A stretch of 64,000 nt of DNA from Gammaproteobacteria bacterium (lineage in GTDB: Bacteria > Pseudomonadota > Gammaproteobacteria > Pseudomonadales > Pseudohongiellaceae): positions 5,219 through 69,218 of the forward strand of contig JBJHCW010000008.1 of the NCBI GenBank assembly GCA_050486205.1, given 5' to 3'. Made by a program: the position numbers and the translations under genes. The notes beneath the pieces were generated by a model. That model saw only the letters and a program-made list of their open reading frames with translations. It had not been told where the DNA came from and did no database searches. This document shows, one piece after another, positions 1 to 9,976 of this stretch. How positions within the stretch are numbered: position 1 is the stretch's first letter; each line of letters opens with the position of its first letter.

Positions 1-537
1 GGCGACACCCAGGAGCCGGCGCTGGAAGCGCTGCTGCAGACTTATCGTGATATCGGTTACACGGTACTGCGCTGCTCCTGTGAATCGGGTCGCGGCCTGG
101 ACCCGCTGCAACAGCATCTTCGTGAGCGAACGGCCATATTTGTCGGGCAGTCTGGCGTTGGCAAGTCTTCACTCATCAACAGGCTGCGCAACACCCAGGG
201 AGCAACCGACCAGGATGCCGCCGTAGGTGCGTTATCCGTGGGTCGACAGAAAGGTACTCACACAACCACGGCCACGCGACTGTATCATTTGCCGGACAGT
301 GGTGACCTGATCGATTCACCCGGCATTCGGGAGTTCGGTCTGACACAACTTGATGCGGGGCAGGTGTTCGACGGTTTCATCGAATTCAGACCCCTGGCCG
401 GACGCTGCCGATTCCGCGACTGCCGTCATCTGCAGGAGCCGGGTTGTGCCCTGCTGGCAGCGGCCGAGGCGGGGCAGATCCATCCCCGCCGCCTGGACAG
501 CTATTTCCACATTGTCAGCACCCTGTCGGACGCCTGA
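1..537 (+). CDS. rsgA: ribosome small-subunit-dependent GTPase A, 5' end outside window
   Basis: Frame 1 is open from nt 1 to TGA 535-537. Translation shows P-loop GQSGVGKSSLIN, DSPGIREF and the C-terminal zinc knuckle CRFRDCRHLQEPGC typical of RsgA/YjeQ. Confidence 0.9.
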   Translation, partial: GDTQEPALEALLQTYRDIGYTVLRCSCESGRGLDPLQQHLRERTAIFVGQSGVGKSSLINRLRNTQGATDQDAAVGALSVGRQKGTHTTTATRLYHLPDSGDLIDSPGIREFGLTQLDAGQVFDGFIEFRPLAGRCRFRDCRHLQEPGCALLAAAEAGQIHPRRLDSYFHIVSTLSDA

Positions 538-1479
538 TCAGAAAATTTCCGGCGCGGGCAGGATTGCCTCGGGCGGCAGGAACGGAGAATCCTCTTCACC
601 ACTGAGTAAGCTGCGCCGCAAACGCTGCTCGGTCAGTTCGTTCATTACCAGGATGACAATGCGCCGATTGGCCGGATTGTTCGGATTATCGGCATCAAAG
701 GGGGCCGATGAACCCAGCCCGATGATCTGAGCAAACTGTTCATAGTCCATACCACCTTCGAGCAGCGCACGGCGCGCCGCATTGGCCCGGTCGGTGGACA
801 GCTCCCAGTTGGTGTATTCACCATTGTTGCGCGTGAAGGGCAGTGCGTCGGTGTGGCCATAAACCGTCATCTTGTTCGGCGCCGGGGCCAGTACCTCGGC
901 GATGGTCCAGAGAATCTGCCGGGCAAAGGGCTGCAGCCTGTCCTGACCAATATCAAACAGCGCCCGGTTGTTGCGATCAACAATCTGGATCAACAGGCCT
1001 TCGTCGGTCTGCTCCATCAGAATGTTCTCGTTAAACCATTCAAAGCTTTCATCACCACCAAGCGCATCTTCGAGCTCGGCTGCCAGACGTTCCATGGTTT
1101 CCTTTTCACGCAGCCGGGCAAGTTCCATGTATTCACGAATTTCAAGTTCCTCGGGAGACTCCACCACCTGCTCCTGATCCTCGCGCACCAGTGCGAGATT
1201 CAGTCCCTGGTTGGCCAGGTCCAGCGGACGACCGCCGAGATCAAGCACATAGGGCGTGCCGCCGTCACCGCGATCAGCCAGGCTGCGCGGGTCGGAGAAG
1301 TAGCCGGCAATGACCATTTTCTCCAACTCGGTGGTGCTCTCTATCAACCACAACACCAGAAAAAACGCCATCATTGCCAGTGCAAAATCGGCAAAGGCAA
1401 TTTTCCACGAACCGCCGTGCGCGCCACCGCCACCGCGCTTGGCGCGGCGGATGACTATGGTCTGTTCGGTCTTTTCCAC
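538..1479 (-). CDS. motB: flagellar motor stator protein MotB (OmpA-like peptidoglycan-binding)
   Basis: 313-aa ORF with a single N-terminal TM (WKIAFADFALAMMAFFLVLWLIE) and a C-terminal OmpA/MotB region (VYGHTDALPF, NWELSTDRANAARRAL, NRRIVILV). It lies 20 nt downstream of motA. Confidence 0.88.
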   Translation of the reverse strand: MEKTEQTIVIRRAKRGGGGAHGGSWKIAFADFALAMMAFFLVLWLIESTTELEKMVIAGYFSDPRSLADRGDGGTPYVLDLGGRPLDLANQGLNLALVREDQEQVVESPEELEIREYMELARLREKETMERLAAELEDALGGDESFEWFNENILMEQTDEGLLIQIVDRNNRALFDIGQDRLQPFARQILWTIAEVLAPAPNKMTVYGHTDALPFTRNNGEYTNWELSTDRANAARRALLEGGMDYEQFAQIIGLGSSAPFDADNPNNPANRRIVILVMNELTEQRLRRSLLSGEEDSPFLPPEAILPAPEIF

Positions 1480-1499
1480 AGCTGCTACCTGTCAGCCAC

Positions 1500-2360
1500 C
1501 TAACGGCTGCGTATGTGATTTTCCAGTTCAGTAAAACTCGGTCTGTCTGTCGAGAACAGGGTCTTGCGTGCAAACTCTACCGCCATCTGCGGCGGCAAGC
1601 CGTTGGAGGTGGCAACAATGGCGGCCTTCACGCACTCGAACATCTTGATTTCCTCTTCCGCCACCGCGGCAAGACGCGAGCTCATGGGACCGACAAAGCC
1701 ATAGGCGAGGAAGATACCCACAAATGTGCCAACCAGGGCCGCCGCAACACTCTGTCCCAGTGCATCCGGTGGACCACCGAGCTTCTGCATGGTGATGACA
1801 ATACCCAGTACGGCCGCCACGATGCCGAAACCGGGCAGGGCGTCAGCCACCCGATGCACGGCGTGTGAGGGTTCGTTGAGTTCGTGCATCTGCACTTCAA
1901 TTTCCGAATCGATCATTGCCTCGATTTCATGAGGCGCCAGATTGCTGGTGGTCAGGATGCGCAGATTGTCGGTGACAAACTCCACCAGGCGGCGATCCTT
2001 GAGCAGATTCGGATAGCGGGTAAAGATGCCACTTTCCTCCGGCACCTCGATATCAGCTTCCACCGCCATCATGCCTTCACGGCGCGCCTTGTTGAACAGA
2101 TCGAACAACAGGCTGAGCAGATCCAGATACATCTTCGGTGTCGTGCTGGCCCCAAAAACTGCCCTGGGCAACTGTTTGCCGGTCTCCCTGACCAGATGCA
2201 TGCTGTTGGCAATCAGAAAGGCACCGGTGGCAGCACCAAAGATCATCAGATACTCATAGGGTTGCCACAGAACGGCCAGTATGCCGCCATGCATGACATA
2301 TCCAATGCCTACACTGAGCAATACTGTCAGGAACCCGATAACAAAGACCATTTCAGTCAT
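1500..2360 (-). CDS. motA: flagellar motor stator protein MotA (MotA/TolQ/ExbB proton channel)
   Basis: 286-aa polytopic ORF. The C-terminal channel segment GIVAAVLGIVITMQKLGGPPDALGQSVAAALVGTFVGIFLAYGFVGP is characteristic of MotA/PomA, and the gene is paired with motB. Confidence 0.88.
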   Translation of the reverse strand: MTEMVFVIGFLTVLLSVGIGYVMHGGILAVLWQPYEYLMIFGAATGAFLIANSMHLVRETGKQLPRAVFGASTTPKMYLDLLSLLFDLFNKARREGMMAVEADIEVPEESGIFTRYPNLLKDRRLVEFVTDNLRILTTSNLAPHEIEAMIDSEIEVQMHELNEPSHAVHRVADALPGFGIVAAVLGIVITMQKLGGPPDALGQSVAAALVGTFVGIFLAYGFVGPMSSRLAAVAEEEIKMFECVKAAIVATSNGLPPQMAVEFARKTLFSTDRPSFTELENHIRSR

Positions 2361-2479
2361 CTCATGCTGTGAACTGTACCTGTTCTAAGTCGGCAGCTTG
2401 GCGGGAATGTTTAGGGAACCTCTGAATTACCAGGGAACCTCTGATATGATTCCAGCGCTGTTGGACTGAGGAACCCTGG

Positions 2480-3328
2480 ATGAAAGACCGACTTTTCATA
2501 CTCATGCAGTATCTGGTGCCACAACATCTGTTGTCCCGCCTGGTGGGAGCCATTGCGCGCAGTCGCCTGAGCGTCATCCGCAAACCCTTTATCGGCTGGT
2601 TCGTCCGGCGCTACAAAGTGGACATGAGTGAAGCCAGACAGACCGACGCCATGGCCTACGAGCACTTCATTGCATTCTTTACCCGTGAGCTCAAACCCGG
2701 TGCTCGCCCCCTGGAACCCGATGCCAGCCGCCCGGTCTGCCCGGCTGACGGACACATCAACCAGCTCGGCCCGGTCATGGATGGCCAGCTGCTTCAGGCC
2801 AAGGGTCGCCACTACAGCCTGCTGCAATTGCTGGGTGGGGACGAGGCGCGCGCCAGGCAATTTGCCGGTGGCAGCTTCATTACGGTGTACCTGTCACCGC
2901 GGGACTACCACCGTGTCCACATGCCGATGACCGGGACCCTGACCCAGATGGTCTACGTCCCGGGCAAGCTGTTTTCAGTGAACAACACTACAGCCGAAAA
3001 CGTGCCCGGCCTGTTTGCGCGCAACGAGCGGGTGGTCTGCCACTTTGACACGGAAAAAGGACCCATGGCCCTGGTGCTGGTTGGCGCGATGATTGTGGCC
3101 GGCGTGGAAACTGTATGGGCCGGCGAGGTCTGTCCCGGCAAGCGGCAGGCCTTTACCGTGAACTATCCGGCCGATGCCCCGGCAGTCACATTGCAGCGCG
3201 GCGACGAAATGGGCCGGTTCAAACTCGGCTCCACGGTAGTGGTGGTATTTGGCCCGCAGGCGGCTGCCCTGCGCAGCGATCTGTCAGCCGGCGGCGGCGT
3301 ACGCATGGGGCAGGCTCTCACGGCGTGA
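2480..3328 (+). CDS. psd: phosphatidylserine decarboxylase proenzyme
   Basis: 282-aa ORF starting at ATG 2480. It carries the LGST self-cleavage motif (GRFKLGSTVVVVF) near the C-terminus and a conserved N-terminal FILMQYLVP..LSRL region. Confidence 0.92.
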   Translation: MKDRLFILMQYLVPQHLLSRLVGAIARSRLSVIRKPFIGWFVRRYKVDMSEARQTDAMAYEHFIAFFTRELKPGARPLEPDASRPVCPADGHINQLGPVMDGQLLQAKGRHYSLLQLLGGDEARARQFAGGSFITVYLSPRDYHRVHMPMTGTLTQMVYVPGKLFSVNNTTAENVPGLFARNERVVCHFDTEKGPMALVLVGAMIVAGVETVWAGEVCPGKRQAFTVNYPADAPAVTLQRGDEMGRFKLGSTVVVVFGPQAAALRSDLSAGGGVRMGQALTA

Positions 3329-3399
3329 GTCAGCGCGTCGCGCCTTGCAGCTGCGATTCGGGTGGGCTCTGAAATGGTGTGAACTTACCAGACAGGACA

Positions 3400-4920
3400 C
3401 TAGCGGGCGGGCGCCAGAAAGGTGCGATAGGCAATATTATCGGTTTCGTCCCAGTAGCGGTAACCAAGCTGCCGCACACTCTCGCGAAACGCCGACTGCT
3501 CATCCGGCGGCACCTGAATGCCCATCAACAATCGCCCGTAGGCCGCGCCGTGATTGCGGTAGTGGAACATGGAGATGTTCCAGCGCTCACCCAGATCATC
3601 CAGAAAACGCATCAGCGCCCCTGGTCGCTCGGGGAATTCAAACCGGTAGACCTGCTCGTGCTGCACGGAAGCGGTACGACCACCCACCATGTGGCGGATA
3701 TGCAGTTTGGCCGCTTCGTTGTCGGACATGTCTGCAACGGCGAAGCCCTTGCTCCGCAGATCGCTCAGCAGTTGCTCGCGGCCCTGGTCTGCATCGCGAA
3801 TTTCCACACCCACATAGATCTGGGCGGCGCCGGCGTCGCCAAAGCGATAATTGAATTCGGTGATGTTGCGCTTGCCCAGCACCCGGGAGAAGCGGCGGAA
3901 ACTGCCCGGTTTTTCATCAATGGTCACCGCCAGCACCACTTCACGGCTCTCACCCAGCTCCGCGCGCTCGGACACGTGGCGAAGACGATCAAAATTCACG
4001 TTGGCACCCGTGACCATGGCCATCAGCGTCTGGCCAACAATGGCTTTTTCGCGCACATACTTTTTTAACCCGGCTATTGCCACAGCACCGGCGGGCTCGG
4101 TCACAGCACGCGTGTCATCAAAGATGTCCTTTATCGCGGCGCATATTTCGTCGGTGGTCACCGTCACCACATCATCCACGGTGCGGCGCAGAATGCTGAA
4201 GGTTTCCTTGCCAACCTGGTTCACAGCCACGCCGTCGGCAAACAGTCCCACCTGATCCAGCTTCACGCGACGGCCATGCTCCAGCGCCAGTTTCAGGCAG
4301 GCTGAATCCTCGGCCTCCACAGCAACAAGTCGGATCTCGGGGCGCAGGTATCGGATATAGGCGGACATGCCAGCCATCAGCCCACCGCCGCCCACGGGGA
4401 CAAAAATTGTGTCCAGCTGACCGCTGTGCTGACGCAGGATCTCAACCCCGATGGTCCCCTGGCCGGCAATCACATCCGGATCGTCGAAGGCGTGGACAAA
4501 GGTGTAGCCCTTTTCACGCACCAGCTCCATGGCACGGATGGCAGCTTCATTGTAGGTGTCACCGTGCAACAGCACCTTGCCACCCAGATTGCGTACGGCA
4601 TCAACCTTGATATCCGGCGTGGTCACCGGCATCACAATCACCGTGGCTATACCCAGGCGGGTGCCCGACAGGGCAACGCCCTGGGCATGATTGCCCGCCG
4701 ACGCTGCCACCACGCCGCGCGAGGCCGCCTCCGGAGACAGGGAACGCATCTTGTTGTAGGCGCCGCGCAACTTGAAACTGAAAACCGGTTGCAGGTCCTC
4801 ACGCTTGAGCAGTACCGTGTTATGCAGTCGGCGTGAAAGGCCACTGGCACGATGTACCGGCGTTTCGTCCGCCACGTCATAGACCCTGGCAGCCAGAACC
4901 TGTCTGACGTATTTTTCCAT
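3400..4920 (-). CDS. ilvA: biosynthetic threonine ammonia-lyase (threonine dehydratase)
   Basis: PLP-lysine motif [21 protein letters not shown], and two C-terminal ACT-like regulatory repeats. ATG 4918-4920 (MEKYVRQVL...) is preferred over the ORF-track start at 4971. Confidence 0.9.
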   Translation of the reverse strand: MEKYVRQVLAARVYDVADETPVHRASGLSRRLHNTVLLKREDLQPVFSFKLRGAYNKMRSLSPEAASRGVVAASAGNHAQGVALSGTRLGIATVIVMPVTTPDIKVDAVRNLGGKVLLHGDTYNEAAIRAMELVREKGYTFVHAFDDPDVIAGQGTIGVEILRQHSGQLDTIFVPVGGGGLMAGMSAYIRYLRPEIRLVAVEAEDSACLKLALEHGRRVKLDQVGLFADGVAVNQVGKETFSILRRTVDDVVTVTTDEICAAIKDIFDDTRAVTEPAGAVAIAGLKKYVREKAIVGQTLMAMVTGANVNFDRLRHVSERAELGESREVVLAVTIDEKPGSFRRFSRVLGKRNITEFNYRFGDAGAAQIYVGVEIRDADQGREQLLSDLRSKGFAVADMSDNEAAKLHIRHMVGGRTASVQHEQVYRFEFPERPGALMRFLDDLGERWNISMFHYRNHGAAYGRLLMGIQVPPDEQSAFRESVRQLGYRYWDETDNIAYRTFLAPAR

Positions 4921-5004
4921 TGCTCTGCGCAACTCCGTATAATTCAGCTGTTTGCACAGCCAGGCGTTCAACCACGGGGCTTTTCAACCACGGGACCTTA
5001 TAGC

Positions 5005-5676
5005 ATGGATCAGAATGAATTGAAAAAAGCGGTGGCAAAGGCCGCGGCAGACCATGTTCAGCGCAAGCTGGACGAGCGAACGGTCATCGGGGTCGGTACC
5101 GGCTCCACGGCCAACTGTTTCATTGACTGCCTGGATGCATTTCGCCATGACATCCAGAGCACGGTTGCCAGTTCGGAGGAAACGGCCCGACGGCTGAAAG
5201 CGCTCGGTATTCCGGTGATGGATCTCAACGCCGTGGACGAGGTGACGGTTTATGTGGACGGCGCCGATGAGTCCAACGAACACCTGCAACTGATCAAGGG
5301 GGGCGGGGGCGCACTGACGCGGGAAAAAATCATTGCAGCGGTTGCCCGTGAGTTTGTCTGTATTGCTGACGAAAGCAAACTGGTGTCGGTACTGGGTGCA
5401 TTTCCGCTACCTGTGGAAGTGATACCCATGGCGCGAAGTCATGTGGGGCGGGAGATTGTGAAGCTGGGCGGGGACCCGGTCTATCGTGAAGGATTTGTGA
5501 CAGATAACGGCAATATCATACTGGATATCCACAATCTGGAAATCATGGACGCTGTGGCGCTCGAGCAGGCACTGAACCAGATCACCGGGGTTGTCACCAA
5601 TGGTCTGTTCGCAGTGCGCCCTGCTGACAAGCTGATTCTGGGCACAAAAGCAGGCATCAAGACCCTGGACCGTTAG
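5005..5676 (+). CDS. rpiA: ribose-5-phosphate isomerase A
   Basis: Motifs [23 protein letters not shown] and [14 protein letters not shown] at 5005 (MDQNELKK) gives a typical length of about 223 aa. The 51-codon upstream extension in the ORF track overlaps the ilvA promoter region. Confidence 0.92.
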   Translation: MDQNELKKAVAKAAADHVQRKLDERTVIGVGTGSTANCFIDCLDAFRHDIQSTVASSEETARRLKALGIPVMDLNAVDEVTVYVDGADESNEHLQLIKGGGGALTREKIIAAVAREFVCIADESKLVSVLGAFPLPVEVIPMARSHVGREIVKLGGDPVYREGFVTDNGNIILDIHNLEIMDAVALEQALNQITGVVTNGLFAVRPADKLILGTKAGIKTLDR

Positions 5677-5712
5677 ATCCGGGGCCTTGTTGTCATCCCG
5701 GTCATCATCCTG

Positions 5713-5750
5713 AAAAAAACGCCGGGTCTCTTTCGAAACCCGGCGTTCTT
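5713..5750 (-). terminator. rho-independent terminator of the csp gene (possibly bidirectional, also follows rpiA)
   Basis: 10-bp stem AACGCCGGGT (5718-5727) / ACCCGGCGTT (5738-5747). On the minus strand it is followed by a T7 run (A-run 5713-5719 on plus). Confidence 0.75.
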
Positions 5751-5754
5751 CAGA

Positions 5755-5964
5755 TTACAGGGGTGTGACGTTCTCCGCCTGGGGGCCTTTCTGGCCTTGA
5801 GTCACATCCATCGTGACTTTCTGGCCTTCATGCAATGTTCTTCTGCCACTACCGTTGATGGCACTGAAATGAACAAAGACGTCTTTTCCGCTTTCCTGTT
5901 CAATGAAGCCAAAACCTTTCTCATCATTGAACCACTTCACGGTACCTTGCACTTGATCTGACAT
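5755..5964 (-). CDS. cspA: CspA-family cold-shock protein
   Basis: 69-aa protein starting [21 protein letters not shown], with RNP1 (KGFGFI) and RNP2 (VFVHF) motifs. ATG 5962-5964 is preferred over the upstream start at 5991. The symbol is a family-level assignment. Confidence 0.9.
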   Translation of the reverse strand: MSDQVQGTVKWFNDEKGFGFIEQESGKDVFVHFSAINGSGRRTLHEGQKVTMDVTQGQKGPQAENVTPL

Positions 5965-6202
5965 ATTTCTCTCTTGCTGTTTCACGGGCATTGGGTGGGA
6001 CGGCCAGGCCGTGTCACCCTGTAACCCTTCAATTTATACTAAAGTTGACGATGCCAACCCCGGAGCCAACTGCGACCCCTTCTGGCAGTGTAACGCCTAA
6101 TTATGTCAGAGGAAACATAAATCCAAGGCTTTTCCGGGTAATTTCCCGGTAACGATAGATTTCGTCGCAGGAAATAAGCGATTCATCGACCTGGCACTCT
6201 GG

Positions 6203-7600
6203 TCAGTCAAAAATCTTCCCCGGATTCAGGATACCCGCCGGGTCGAACACTCGCTTTAAAGACCGCATCAGTTCAATCTCGGCCACATCCCGGCTGTAAC
6301 CCAGGTAGGGCTTTTTCAGCAGGCCGACGCCATGCTCGGCCGACACGCTGCCACCATAGGCCTGTACAATACCAAACACTTCCTTGCTGACCGCGTTGCA
6401 CTGGGCAAAAAACGTGGCCTTGTCCAGCGCATCGGGCTTGAGGATATTCAGGTGCACATTACCGTCACCGATATGTCCGAACCATATGATCTCGAAGTCC
6501 GGATAACGACTGTTTACAAGCGTCTCCACATCATCAAGGAAACCTGGCACCTGTGAGACCCGCACGGCTATATCGTTCTTGTAGGGCGTGAATCGAGAGA
6601 TGGTTTCCGAAATATCCTCACGCAGGCGCCAGAGCGTGCTCGCCTGGGTGCTGTTCTGGCTGATGGTGCCGTCCAGCGCCCAACCCTGTTCCACACAGTG
6701 TTCAAAAACTGACATGGCCGTGTCCAGTGTGTCGTCACCGCGGCTCTCGAACTCGATCAGTGCGTAGTAGTTTCCTGCCGTCTCGAACGGACGCTGCAGA
6801 CCCTTTTCCGCGATGACGTGCCGCATGGCCTTTTCCGAGAAGAACTCGAATGCGGTGAGCTCCATCCTGGACTGAAATTCCTTAAGCACTTCCATGATTT
6901 CGTTCATCGAATCCACAGCCAGCACCAGAACTGTCGGATCCTGCGGCGGACGTGTAAGCCCCATGGTCAACTCAACAACCAGACCGAGCGTTCCCTCCGA
7001 ACCGATAAACAGATGGCGCAGATCATAACCGGTATTGTTCTTGAGCAGGCCGCGGTTCAGATTCAGCAGCTCGCCGGTACCCGTCACCACTTTCATGCCC
7101 TGCACCCAGTCGCGGGTCATGCCGTAACGGATCACCTTGATGCCACCGGCATTGGTTGCCACATTACCGCCGATCTGGCTGGAGCCGGCAGAGGCAAAAT
7201 CCACCGGATAGTACAGGCCCCTGTCTTCGGCAAACTGCTGAAGCTGTCCGGTCACCACCCCTGGCTCACAGATCACCTGGCGGTCAACCGGATTAAAATC
7301 CAGAATCCGGTTCATCCGGTCAAAGGCAATCACCACTTCGCCATTGGCCGCCACCGAACCACCACTGAGTCCGGTGCGCCCACCGGCAGGCACCAGGGCA
7401 ATGCCTTTTTCTGCCGCCAGAGTCACCAGCGCCTGTACCTCGGAGACAGCGCCGGGAAACACAATGGCAGACGGCGCCGGCTCGGCAAAACGGGTCCAGT
7501 CCCTTCCCCATGTCTCCAGGGAATCCGGATCGGTCTTCACACGATCATCACCAACAATGGCGGCCAGCGCGATGACCAGTTGTTCGGCTGTCAGGCTCAT
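6203..7600 (-). CDS. FAD-linked oxidase, GlcD/D-2-hydroxyglutarate dehydrogenase-like
   Basis: 465-aa ORF with an FAD-binding PCMH-type N-terminal half (LVPAGGRTGLSGGS) and an FAD-oxidase C-terminal half (EHGVGLLKK ... FDPAGILNPGK). It is divergent from serA, as in Pseudomonas d2hgdh. Confidence 0.75.
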   Translation of the reverse strand: MSLTAEQLVIALAAIVGDDRVKTDPDSLETWGRDWTRFAEPAPSAIVFPGAVSEVQALVTLAAEKGIALVPAGGRTGLSGGSVAANGEVVIAFDRMNRILDFNPVDRQVICEPGVVTGQLQQFAEDRGLYYPVDFASAGSSQIGGNVATNAGGIKVIRYGMTRDWVQGMKVVTGTGELLNLNRGLLKNNTGYDLRHLFIGSEGTLGLVVELTMGLTRPPQDPTVLVLAVDSMNEIMEVLKEFQSRMELTAFEFFSEKAMRHVIAEKGLQRPFETAGNYYALIEFESRGDDTLDTAMSVFEHCVEQGWALDGTISQNSTQASTLWRLREDISETISRFTPYKNDIAVRVSQVPGFLDDVETLVNSRYPDFEIIWFGHIGDGNVHLNILKPDALDKATFFAQCNAVSKEVFGIVQAYGGSVSAEHGVGLLKKPYLGYSRDVAEIELMRSLKRVFDPAGILNPGKIFD

Positions 7601-7757
7601 TCAATCACTCTCGGGGGAAAAAGATGCGGGATTGCAAAAAACATCTATGGTACCATACCGCGCCCGAAAGGAGGGCAACGGCCCTTCTGTCCGTCCATCA
7701 TTATCTTCTGTCCATTGCCCGAAAGCGCAGTAATGACAGAGCGAGAAAACACCGATC

Positions 7758-8987
7758 ATGAAACCGACGTCGCTTGAAAAGAGCAAGATCCGTTTCCTGT
7801 TGCTGGAGGGCGTACACCAGAGCGCCGTCTCCACGTTGAACCAGGCCGGTTACACCAACATTGAGTACCTGAAGACCTCCCTGCCCGAAGCAGAGCTGCT
7901 GGAAAAGGTGCGCGATGCCCATTTCATCGGCATTCGCTCGCGCACCCAGCTGACCGCTGAGGTGTTTGCCGCGGCGAAGAAACTGCAGGCGGTCGGCTGT
8001 TTCTGCATCGGTACCAACCAGGTGGACCTGGATGCCGCGCTGATTCACGGCGTGCCGGTGTTCAACGCACCGTTTTCCAATACCCGCAGCGTTGCCGAGC
8101 TGGTCATCGGACAGATCATACTGCTGCTGCGCGGCGTGCCGGAGAAAAACGCGCTGGCCCATCGCGGCGTCTGGCTGAAGTCAGCGGCCCGCTCTTACGA
8201 AACCCGTGGCAAGAAACTTGGCATTGTGGGTTACGGCAACATCGGCTCACAACTCAGCGTGCTGGCCGAATCCATGGGCATGAAGGTGTATCTCTACGAT
8301 GTGATGACCAAACTGCCACTGGGCAACGCCGTGCAGGTACAAAGCCTGCGCGAACTGATGCAGGTCTGTGACATCGTCAGCCTGCATGTGCCCGAAACCG
8401 CGCAGACGGCCAACATGATTGATGCTGAAGCACTGTCCTGGATGAAGCAGGACAGCATCCTGATCAATGCCTCACGCGGCACGGTGGTGGATATTGACGC
8501 CCTGGCCGAAGTGCTGGCAGCGGGTAAACTCGCCGGCGCCGCCGTGGATGTTTTCCCGGTAGAGCCTCGCTCCAATGATGAGGAGTTCGTCTCCCCCCTG
8601 CGCCGCTTTGACAACGTCATTCTTACCCCGCATGTGGGCGGCAGCACCATCGAAGCGCAGGCGAATATTGGCGTGGAAGTGGCGGAAAAACTGGTGCTCT
8701 ACAGTGACAACGGCACTTCGGCCACGTCAGTGAACTTCCCGGAAGTGGCACTGCCTGCGCACCCCGGCCAGCATCGTCTGTTGCACATCCACAAAAACGT
8801 GCCGGGTGTACTCGTAGAGATCAACAGCATTTTCTCGGAAAGTGGCATCAATATCCGCGCCCAGTATCTGCAGACCAATGACCGGATCGGTTATGTGGTC
8901 ACCGACATTGATCAGGAGTACAGCCAGGTCGCGCGCAAGAAGCTGCAACAGGTGACCGGTACCATCAAGAGCCGGATTCTGTTCTGA
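7758..8987 (+). CDS. serA: D-3-phosphoglycerate dehydrogenase (long form with ACT domain)
   Basis: 409-aa ORF with NAD fold GIVGYGNIGSQLS, catalytic region LINASRGTVVDIDAL..TPHVGGST, and a C-terminal ACT domain (HRLLHIHKNVPGVL). Confidence 0.92.
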   Translation: MKPTSLEKSKIRFLLLEGVHQSAVSTLNQAGYTNIEYLKTSLPEAELLEKVRDAHFIGIRSRTQLTAEVFAAAKKLQAVGCFCIGTNQVDLDAALIHGVPVFNAPFSNTRSVAELVIGQIILLLRGVPEKNALAHRGVWLKSAARSYETRGKKLGIVGYGNIGSQLSVLAESMGMKVYLYDVMTKLPLGNAVQVQSLRELMQVCDIVSLHVPETAQTANMIDAEALSWMKQDSILINASRGTVVDIDALAEVLAAGKLAGAAVDVFPVEPRSNDEEFVSPLRRFDNVILTPHVGGSTIEAQANIGVEVAEKLVLYSDNGTSATSVNFPEVALPAHPGQHRLLHIHKNVPGVLVEINSIFSESGINIRAQYLQTNDRIGYVVTDIDQEYSQVARKKLQQVTGTIKSRILF

Positions 8988-9936
8988 GTTCCCGGTCGAT
9001 GGCCTGGAATATCCGGGAGCGCAGCGGCACCGCCTCATTGACCTTGTGGTGCCGCATGCCTTCCACCATGACAATGTTCAGGCGGCGGAACTTTTTCCGG
9101 ACCTGACGCAGGTTGTAGCGCCAATCCACGGTGCCGTCGATGTCACCCTGCACAACCAGTGTGGGTATGTCGCAGGGCGGATAGGCATGAAATTCCTGCT
9201 GCCAGTCGATCAGCGCTCCAATCCATTGCCCGGCGATGACTCGTGGCTGCAGCGGATCATCCTCGCGCAGAAACTGCAGAAATTCCGGGTCAGAACTGTT
9301 GTGGGAAAAACGTCGCGGTACCGTGGTGATGAATCGCCGCCGCACACTGTAGGCATACTTCACCCATAACCAGCGTCTGGGCCGCACCAGTGGTCCGAGC
9401 AGGAACAGTCTGTCCATATCCGGGTAGTCCGGATCCAGGGTGCTGGCCCGATGCAACACGTAGTCCATGGCGATGCCGGCACCCATGCTCTGCCCCAGCA
9501 GATACCAGGGGCGGGGCAAGCCAGCGTCCCGGGCCAGACGGGCCACACCGGCAAACACATCACGGTAACGCGAATAACGATCAATCGAGACCGGCTCGCC
9601 GCTGGACAGCCCATGACCGGGCAGGTCCGGCATGATCACCGCCAGCTTACGCTCCAGGCAAAAACGCATGACATGACGATACAGCCCACTGTGGTCAAAG
9701 TAGCCGTGCAGTATCAGTACCGTGCCTTCGGGATTTTCCGGCTTCAGACAGTGGCAGGCCAGACGGTAGCCACCGACATCAACATAACCAAAATGATGGG
9801 ATTTCTGCAGCTCGGGCAGATCCACACCGTAATGGCGGATGTAGACCTGCTCCGGTTCGGTGAAGCGGGTGTCGGTCGAAAAGTCGATGGGCCGCAACGC
9901 CGCCTTCAGCGCCGCGGCCTCCTGATCACCAAACAT
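8965..9936 (-). CDS. alpha/beta-fold hydrolase (lysophospholipase/monoglyceride-lipase-like)
   Basis: HG oxyanion motif LILHGYFDHSG and nucleophile elbow LLGQSMGAG. The start is ambiguous (ATG 9936 or TTG 9945) because the 5' end lies inside a 13-nt tandem array. The 3' end overlaps serA convergently by 23 nt. Confidence 0.75.
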   Translation of the reverse strand: MFGDQEAAALKAALRPIDFSTDTRFTEPEQVYIRHYGVDLPELQKSHHFGYVDVGGYRLACHCLKPENPEGTVLILHGYFDHSGLYRHVMRFCLERKLAVIMPDLPGHGLSSGEPVSIDRYSRYRDVFAGVARLARDAGLPRPWYLLGQSMGAGIAMDYVLHRASTLDPDYPDMDRLFLLGPLVRPRRWLWVKYAYSVRRRFITTVPRRFSHNSSDPEFLQFLREDDPLQPRVIAGQWIGALIDWQQEFHAYPPCDIPTLVVQGDIDGTVDWRYNLRQVRKKFRRLNIVMVEGMRHHKVNEAVPLRSRIFQAIDRELRTESGS

Positions 9937-9975
9937 AGTCACCAAGCATAGTCACCAAGCATGGCCACCAAACAT
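9924..9975. repeat. 4 x 13-nt tandem repeat (minus strand ATGYTTGGTGRYY) filling the fba-hydrolase junction
   Basis: On the minus strand ATG occurs at 9975, 9962, 9949 and 9936, exactly 13 nt apart. The units are ATGTTTGGTGGCC, ATGCTTGGTGACT (x2) and ATGTTTGGTGATC. Confidence 0.95.
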
Positions 9976-9976
9976 G

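Noticed and set aside
853-2372. Long plus-strand ORFs (216 aa, 162 aa and others) opposite motB/motA
   Set aside because: These are antisense shadows of clearly identified genes, with no motifs.
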